Below, in pieces: positions 59,370 to 64,000 of a stretch of DNA of 64,000 nt. A program made the translations under genes and the position numbers. Numbering within the stretch: position 1 is the stretch's first letter; each line of letters opens with the position of its first letter. This DNA is from an uncultured Eubacteriales bacterium (lineage in GTDB: Bacteria; Bacillota; Sulfobacillia; Fermentithermobacillales; Fermentithermobacillaceae), in assembly GCA_964406505.1 (NCBI GenBank), contig CAYORX010000004.1, positions 17,056 to 81,055 on the forward strand. The letters run 5' to 3'. The notes under the pieces are model-generated. The model was given only the letters and a program-made list of their open reading frames with translations. It was not told where the DNA came from and made no database searches.

Positions 59370-60545
59370 ATGCAATTTCAGGATATCGTGTTTGGTGTTC
59401 CAAAAGAAATTATGCAAGGCGAACGTCGAGTAGCTGCCATTCCGGAAACAACAAAAAAACTGGTCTCCGGGGGAGCCAAAGTACTAGTAGAAAAAGGGGC
59501 GGGCGTTGGATCGTTTTTTTCAGATGAAGAATACACAAAATCCGGCGCGGTTGTAGTCGAAGATGTTGAAGAATTGTATAACAAGTCGAACTTTGTTCTC
59601 AAGGTAAAGGAACCTCTTTTCAACCAAGTTAAAAACAAACATGAAATAGATATGATGCATGACGGCCAAGTACTAATCACTTTTTTGCACCCCGCAGCAC
59701 CTGCAAATCATGGGATGGTAAAAAAACTATCTGCAAAAGGCGTGATAGCGCTCACTTTGGACGGTATTCCTAGGATATCTAGGGCTCAAACCATGGATGC
59801 TTTAACTTCTATGAGCACCGTAGCAGGCTATAAAGCCGTGCTTATGGCTGCTAACCGCTTACCTAAGTTTATGCCTATGATCGCCTCGGCAGTCGGAATG
59901 ATAAGGCCATCAATCGTAACTGTTCTTGGCACTGGAGTCGCCGGGCTTCAAGCAGTAGCAACTGCAAAAAGATTAGGTGCGGAAGTCCACGCGGTAGACA
60001 TCAGGCCCGATGCAGCCGAACATGCCAAAAGTCTGGGGTCTAGGGTAGTTGAAACAGGGGTGCCTGTAGAAATTGCTGTGGGTGAAGGCGGTTATGCCAA
60101 GCATTTGCCTAAGGAATGGCTTATTAAAGAAAGGGAAGCTATTAAAGACATCGTAATTAAATCTGATATTGTAATTGCAACTGCTCTTGTTCCCGGCAGA
60201 CTTGCCCCAGTGTTGGTAACTGAAGAAATGGTAAAAGCAATGAAACCTGGTTCAGCAATTGTAGATGTTTCTATCGACCAAGGCGGCAATTGCGAACTCA
60301 CTTCAGGCGGGGAAATCATCGAAAAGTACGGCGTGAGCATTGACGGAACCAAAAATATCCCCGGTAAGGTCCCTGCTAGCTCCACAACGATGTTTGCCAA
60401 AAATGTTTACAACTTTGCGTCTCACTTCGTTAAAGATGGCAAAATCATTATTGACCTTAAAGATGAAATAACTGCCTCTGCATTGGTCTGCAAAGACGGA
60501 AAAATAGTTCATGAAGGTACTAAAGAAGCTATGGGACTTAAGTAA
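59370..60545 (+). CDS. pntAA: NAD(P) transhydrogenase alpha subunit, part 1 (dI, NAD(H)-binding)
   Basis: AlaDH/PNT N- and C-domains. RBS AAGGAGG. 391 aa. Confidence 0.9.
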   Translation: MQFQDIVFGVPKEIMQGERRVAAIPETTKKLVSGGAKVLVEKGAGVGSFFSDEEYTKSGAVVVEDVEELYNKSNFVLKVKEPLFNQVKNKHEIDMMHDGQVLITFLHPAAPANHGMVKKLSAKGVIALTLDGIPRISRAQTMDALTSMSTVAGYKAVLMAANRLPKFMPMIASAVGMIRPSIVTVLGTGVAGLQAVATAKRLGAEVHAVDIRPDAAEHAKSLGSRVVETGVPVEIAVGEGGYAKHLPKEWLIKEREAIKDIVIKSDIVIATALVPGRLAPVLVTEEMVKAMKPGSAIVDVSIDQGGNCELTSGGEIIEKYGVSIDGTKNIPGKVPASSTTMFAKNVYNFASHFVKDGKIIIDLKDEITASALVCKDGKIVHEGTKEAMGLK

Positions 60546-60566
60546 TATTCAAGGAGGGGCGTACAT

Positions 60567-60839
60567 ATGAACGCTCTTTTTTTGGTAGCAATTTTTATCG
60601 TTGCAACGTGGCTAGGATATAAAGTAATAAGCGAAGTACCCTCGCTATTACATACGCCGCTCATGTCAGGAGCTAATGCAATTTCAGGCGTAACGATTTT
60701 GGGTTCTCTTGTTTCTACAGCATTGTCTGTAGGTTTGGGAAGCAAAGCATTTGGTTTTATAGCCATAGTCCTAGCATGTATTAACCTTGTCGGTGGATTT
60801 GTAGTCACAGATCGTATGTTAAAGATGTTTAAGAATTAG
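60567..60839 (+). CDS. pntAB: NAD(P) transhydrogenase alpha subunit, part 2 (membrane)
   Basis: 90-aa ORF with three TM helices, immediately after pntAA. RBS AAGGAGGGG. Confidence 0.8.
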   Translation: MNALFLVAIFIVATWLGYKVISEVPSLLHTPLMSGANAISGVTILGSLVSTALSVGLGSKAFGFIAIVLACINLVGGFVVTDRMLKMFKN

Positions 60840-60855
60840 ATAACGAGGTGTCGAG

Positions 60856-62808
60856 ATGGATCAAGTATACATCGTAATTTCAATCGTTCTCGCAGGGTTG
60901 GTCCTCCTTGGCATCAAGTGGATGAGTTCTCCTCGAACCGCTGTAGGCGGAAACAGACTAAGTGCTCTTAGCATGTTGATAGCCATTTTACTGGTTCTAT
61001 GGAAAAACCACATCTTAAGTGTGCCACAACTTTGGATAGCTATCGTAATAGGAGGCGGACTAGGCTATTTAATGGCAGTAAGAGCTACCATGATACAAAT
61101 GCCACAAATGGTAGCTTTGCTTAACGGACTGGGAGGCGGTGCTTCCGCATTGGTAGCTATCGCCGAAATCATGGACAAATACGATCATATGTTGACGTTT
61201 AATCAATTAAGCAGCCAGCTTGCTTTGATGGTTGGCGGCTTGACCCTCAGTGGCAGTTTAATAGCAGCAGCTAAACTTGATAGACGAATGACTCAAATGC
61301 CTGTCGTTTTGCCTAACCACAATTTGATCTCGAACTTCAGCATCACTGCAATGTTGATCTTAGGTGGTTGCACATTGGTATTTGATGCCGCAGTGATTCC
61401 ACTATCCGGTTTAGTTTTATTCATATCTCTAGGTTACGGCGTGTTGTTCGCCATTAGGGTCGGAGGCGCGGACATGCCTATCACAATATCTTTACTTAAT
61501 TCGTTTTCAGGCTTGGCGGGTTCGATCGTAGGGTTTACAATTTCGGAACCGTTATTGGTAGCTGTAGGGGCCATCGTTGGAGCATCTGGTCTTATTTTGA
61601 CCCAAATAATGTGCAAAGCGATGAACCGATCTTTAGCTAATGTTCTGAGCGGTGCTATAGCTCAACCATCGAAATCAAAAGTTAAAGACCCCAAAACTGA
61701 GGCCTTGCCTTCTGTTAAACACATAGAAAAAGAAGTTAGTGCCGAAGCTCGTGCAGCACAACTATTGAAAACTGCAAAACGAGTGATAATAGTACCGGGC
61801 TACGGCATGGCCATAGCTCAAGCGCAGGGACATGTGAAGAACTTAGCCGATGCATTAGAGTCTAAAGGCGCTAAAGTTAAGTTCGCCATACACCCGGTTG
61901 CCGGTAGAATGCCCGGACATATGAATGTGCTTTTAGCTGAAGTAGATGTGCCATATGACGATCTTTGTGAAATGGATGACATTAATCCTGAATTCCCTGA
62001 TACAGATCTCGCCATCATCGTAGGGGCTTGCGACGTGGTCAACCCTGCTGCTAACACGGCAGAAGGTACCCCGATTTACGGCATGCCGATACTTGATGTT
62101 GACAAAGCGAAAAACGTGATCGTATGCAACTTAGACACCAAACCGGGTTATTCGGGAGTAGACAACCCACTTTATGAAATGGAGCACGTTAAACTCCTTT
62201 TGGGCGATGCAAAACAATCGCTTGATAAACTTCTAAGCGAAGTACTAAAACCTGCGGATACAGATGAACTTCAGGTTTTAGAAGAAGCACCTGCTGAAGA
62301 AGAATCTTTAGGACAGATTTTAAGCGACGCATCTAAAGTGATAATAGTACCGGGCTACGGCATGGCCATAGCTCAAGCGCAGGGACATGTGAAGAACTTA
62401 GCCGATGCATTAGAGTCTAAAGGCGCTAAAGTTAAGTTCGCCATACACCCGGTTGCCGGTAGAATGCCCGGACATATGAATGTGCTTTTAGCTGAAGTAG
62501 ATGTGCCATATGACGATCTTTGTGAAATGGATGACATTAATCCTGAATTCCCTGATACAGATCTCGCCATCATCGTAGGGGCTTGCGACGTGGTCAACCC
62601 TGCTGCTAACACGGCAGAAGGTACCCCGATTTACGGCATGCCGATACTTGATGTTGACAAAGCGAAAAACGTGATCGTATGCAACTTAGACACCAAACCG
62701 GGTTATTCGGGAGTAGACAACCCACTTTATGAAATGGAGCACGTTAAACTCCTTTTGGGCGATGCAAAACAATCGCTTGATAAACTTCTAAGCGAAGTGC
62801 GATCGTAG
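60856..62808 (+). CDS. pntB: NAD(P) transhydrogenase beta subunit with a tandemly duplicated NADP(H)-binding domain III
   Basis: 650 aa. The dII membrane domain (~aa 1-300) is followed by a complete dIII (VIIVPGYGMAIAQAQG...LLSEV), a 31-aa acidic linker, and a second dIII identical to the first. Confidence 0.85.
   Translation: MDQVYIVISIVLAGLVLLGIKWMSSPRTAVGGNRLSALSMLIAILLVLWKNHILSVPQLWIAIVIGGGLGYLMAVRATMIQMPQMVALLNGLGGGASALVAIAEIMDKYDHMLTFNQLSSQLALMVGGLTLSGSLIAAAKLDRRMTQMPVVLPNHNLISNFSITAMLILGGCTLVFDAAVIPLSGLVLFISLGYGVLFAIRVGGADMPITISLLNSFSGLAGSIVGFTISEPLLVAVGAIVGASGLILTQIMCKAMNRSLANVLSGAIAQPSKSKVKDPKTEALPSVKHIEKEVSAEARAAQLLKTAKRVIIVPGYGMAIAQAQGHVKNLADALESKGAKVKFAIHPVAGRMPGHMNVLLAEVDVPYDDLCEMDDINPEFPDTDLAIIVGACDVVNPAANTAEGTPIYGMPILDVDKAKNVIVCNLDTKPGYSGVDNPLYEMEHVKLLLGDAKQSLDKLLSEVLKPADTDELQVLEEAPAEEESLGQILSDASKVIIVPGYGMAIAQAQGHVKNLADALESKGAKVKFAIHPVAGRMPGHMNVLLAEVDVPYDDLCEMDDINPEFPDTDLAIIVGACDVVNPAANTAEGTPIYGMPILDVDKAKNVIVCNLDTKPGYSGVDNPLYEMEHVKLLLGDAKQSLDKLLSEVRS
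61782..62244 (+). repeat. Direct repeat copy A (463 bp) encoding PntB domain III
   Basis: 100% identical by inspection to 62337..62799, offset 555 bp. The identical 79-aa antisense track ORFs 61818..62057 and 62373..62612 corroborate this. Confidence 0.9.
62337..62799 (+). repeat. Direct repeat copy B (463 bp) encoding the second PntB domain III
   Basis: Identical to 61782..62244 and separated from it by a unique 92-bp in-frame linker. Confidence 0.9.
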
Positions 62809-62822
62809 TTTTTTAACTGCAA

Positions 62823-62866
62823 AAGACCTTTAGGTACTGATAATAATCTGCCAACCTAAAGGTCTT
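62823..62866. terminator. Bidirectional intrinsic terminator between pntB and the convergent glycosyltransferase gene
   Basis: AGACCTTTAGGT-(18 nt)-ACCTAAAGGTCT, a 12-bp stem flanked by T-rich sequence on both strands. Confidence 0.55.
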
Positions 62867-62885
62867 AGTTATTATGAATATAATT

Positions 62886-63995
62886 TCAACGGTTTAAGAG
62901 TTTTTCGTAAACCGCTACTGTCTTACGTGCCATAGTTTTAGCGTCAAATAGTTGTTCGACCCGTTGGCGGCCTGTAGCACCCATTTGCATAGCTAGCTTT
63001 GGATCGATCACCAACCGCACGATCGTCTGGGCAAGAAGTTGGGCATTTCCCGGCTCTACCAAGAAACCTGTTTTCTCATCTTGCACAATTTCAGGAAGCC
63101 CGCCTACCTTGGTAGCTACAACCGGAAGGGACTGAGCCATAGCTTCTAAAACAGATAAACCCAACCCCTCAGAAAATGATGGCAAAACAAATATGTTCAA
63201 TCTGGACAAAAACTGTGGGACGTTTTCAATGAATCCTAACATTTTAATGTAATTTTCTAACCTATGCGTTTCAATTTTTGCCTTTAAAGTTCGCTCCATG
63301 GGCCCTGCGCCGCCTATAAGGAATCTTGCTTGAGGATATGATGATATTACCATTTTGGCGGCATCTATTAACACATCTAACCCTTTTACAGGATGAAGCC
63401 GGGCAAGCGCGCCTATCCAAACTGTTTCACTTTTATTTTCAATTTTGTCTTTCAACGAATCCCGCGCTTGAAACTGTGTCAGATCTAATCCATGATAAAC
63501 ACAAGTTATTCGGGATGGATGAACCCCAGATTGAACTAGATCCTCAAACACGCTTTTTGAAATTGCAATCACACCATCGCTCAGCAGTCTAGAACTTAAA
63601 CGGTTGATCGCCTTTTTAAAACCACCTTGGGGCAATGAAATTTGCTCAGACATGGACGACATTTTTTCCAAACCATGTTTAGTGTATACAACGCGAACAC
63701 CTAACAGTTTTGCCGCGATCCTCCCCGACAAACTGGCATGGGTATGTACTATGTCAGGTTTTACTTGCCTTATAACCTTCAATAATTCCAAAGTCAGCGA
63801 ACCTGAAAAAGATATGTCTTTTTTTGATATACTAATTCGTTTTAATCCTGCTGCATCAATGCGCTCAGCGAGATAACCATTCGGACAAGCAATTTTCACA
63901 TCATAAAGTTTAGGATCAAACTGAGGCAATAAATTCAATACATAAATCCCTGCACCTCCGATGTTACTGTCCGTGATGATATGCAATATTTTCAT
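62886..63995 (-). CDS. Glycosyltransferase family 4 (GT-B fold)
   Basis: 369-aa ORF with an N-terminal KILHIITDSNIGGAG motif and a C-terminal EGLGLSVLEAMA motif (E-x7-E region). Confidence 0.85.
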   Translation of the reverse strand: MKILHIITDSNIGGAGIYVLNLLPQFDPKLYDVKIACPNGYLAERIDAAGLKRISISKKDISFSGSLTLELLKVIRQVKPDIVHTHASLSGRIAAKLLGVRVVYTKHGLEKMSSMSEQISLPQGGFKKAINRLSSRLLSDGVIAISKSVFEDLVQSGVHPSRITCVYHGLDLTQFQARDSLKDKIENKSETVWIGALARLHPVKGLDVLIDAAKMVISSYPQARFLIGGAGPMERTLKAKIETHRLENYIKMLGFIENVPQFLSRLNIFVLPSFSEGLGLSVLEAMAQSLPVVATKVGGLPEIVQDEKTGFLVEPGNAQLLAQTIVRLVIDPKLAMQMGATGRQRVEQLFDAKTMARKTVAVYEKLLNR

Positions 63996-64000
63996 GAAGC

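Noticed and set aside
61818-62612. Two identical 79-aa minus-strand track ORFs (61818..62057 and 62373..62612)
   Set aside because: They are antisense artefacts of the duplicated pntB domain-III segment, not genes. They are useful only as independent confirmation of the repeat.
1-64000. Searched for CRISPR arrays, tRNA or rRNA genes, transposases, integrases and phage genes
   Set aside because: No short regularly spaced repeats, no tRNA-like T-loop or acceptor structures in intergenic gaps, and no recognisable mobile-element proteins. The 555-bp-offset repeat is inside pntB and is not a mobile element.

Overview
This 64-kb window is a chromosomal segment from a low-GC, Firmicutes-like, apparently spore-forming bacterium (a CotF-like coat protein is present). 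About 80% of genes lie on the minus strand. I found no rRNA, tRNA, CRISPR or transposase.

Annotation highlights, in window order:
- ComEA-like gene, truncated at the window edge.
- leuS, preceded by a sigma-A promoter and a T-box leader with terminator.
- A GHL-type TIM-barrel protein, a RocB-like M20 peptidase, a DUF554 membrane protein, SfsA, DegV and mnmA.
- hspR-like (MerR)–dnaK–grpE unit, with no dnaJ or hrcA.
- Na+-pumping methylmalonyl-CoA decarboxylase operon (mmdA-D-C-B), then a stand-alone B12-binding methylmalonyl-CoA mutase small subunit and meaB.
- rex, a Gx-transporter-family membrane protein, and lgt.
- An orphan LolD/MacB-type ABC ATPase, followed by a GTG-started membrane protein and an 889-aa secreted protein with a PKD domain.
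- A glycerate kinase fused to a C-terminal NUDIX domain, and an M19 dipeptidase.
- YbaB-like protein, polysaccharide deacetylase, thiamine pyrophosphokinase, a 534-bp gene-less intergenic region, and gdhA.
- CotF-like coat protein, a glutaredoxin-like protein, and an AbrB/PIN-like toxin–antitoxin pair.
- An adenosine-specific-kinase-family protein, hbd, an AI-2E transporter with no canonical start codon, a YtxH-like protein, ltaE, and a thioredoxin with a CMPC active site.
- coaE, polA, an ECF sigma factor with a ZAS-DUF4349 anti-sigma factor.
- The conserved recJ–apt–relA–dtd–MBL–hisS–aspS block, with a LapA-domain protein and a DUF559 endonuclease-like protein nearby.
- An S9 peptidase and murJ.
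- A split transhydrogenase, pntAA–pntAB–pntB. PntB carries an in-frame, 100%-identical tandem duplication (463 bp plus a 92-bp linker) of its NADP-binding domain III.
- A GT4 glycosyltransferase.

The most unusual items are the PntB domain-III duplication, the GlxK–NUDIX fusion, the secreted PKD-protein operon with its orphan ABC ATPase, and a promoter- and terminator-bounded intergenic transcript candidate between thiN and gdhA.
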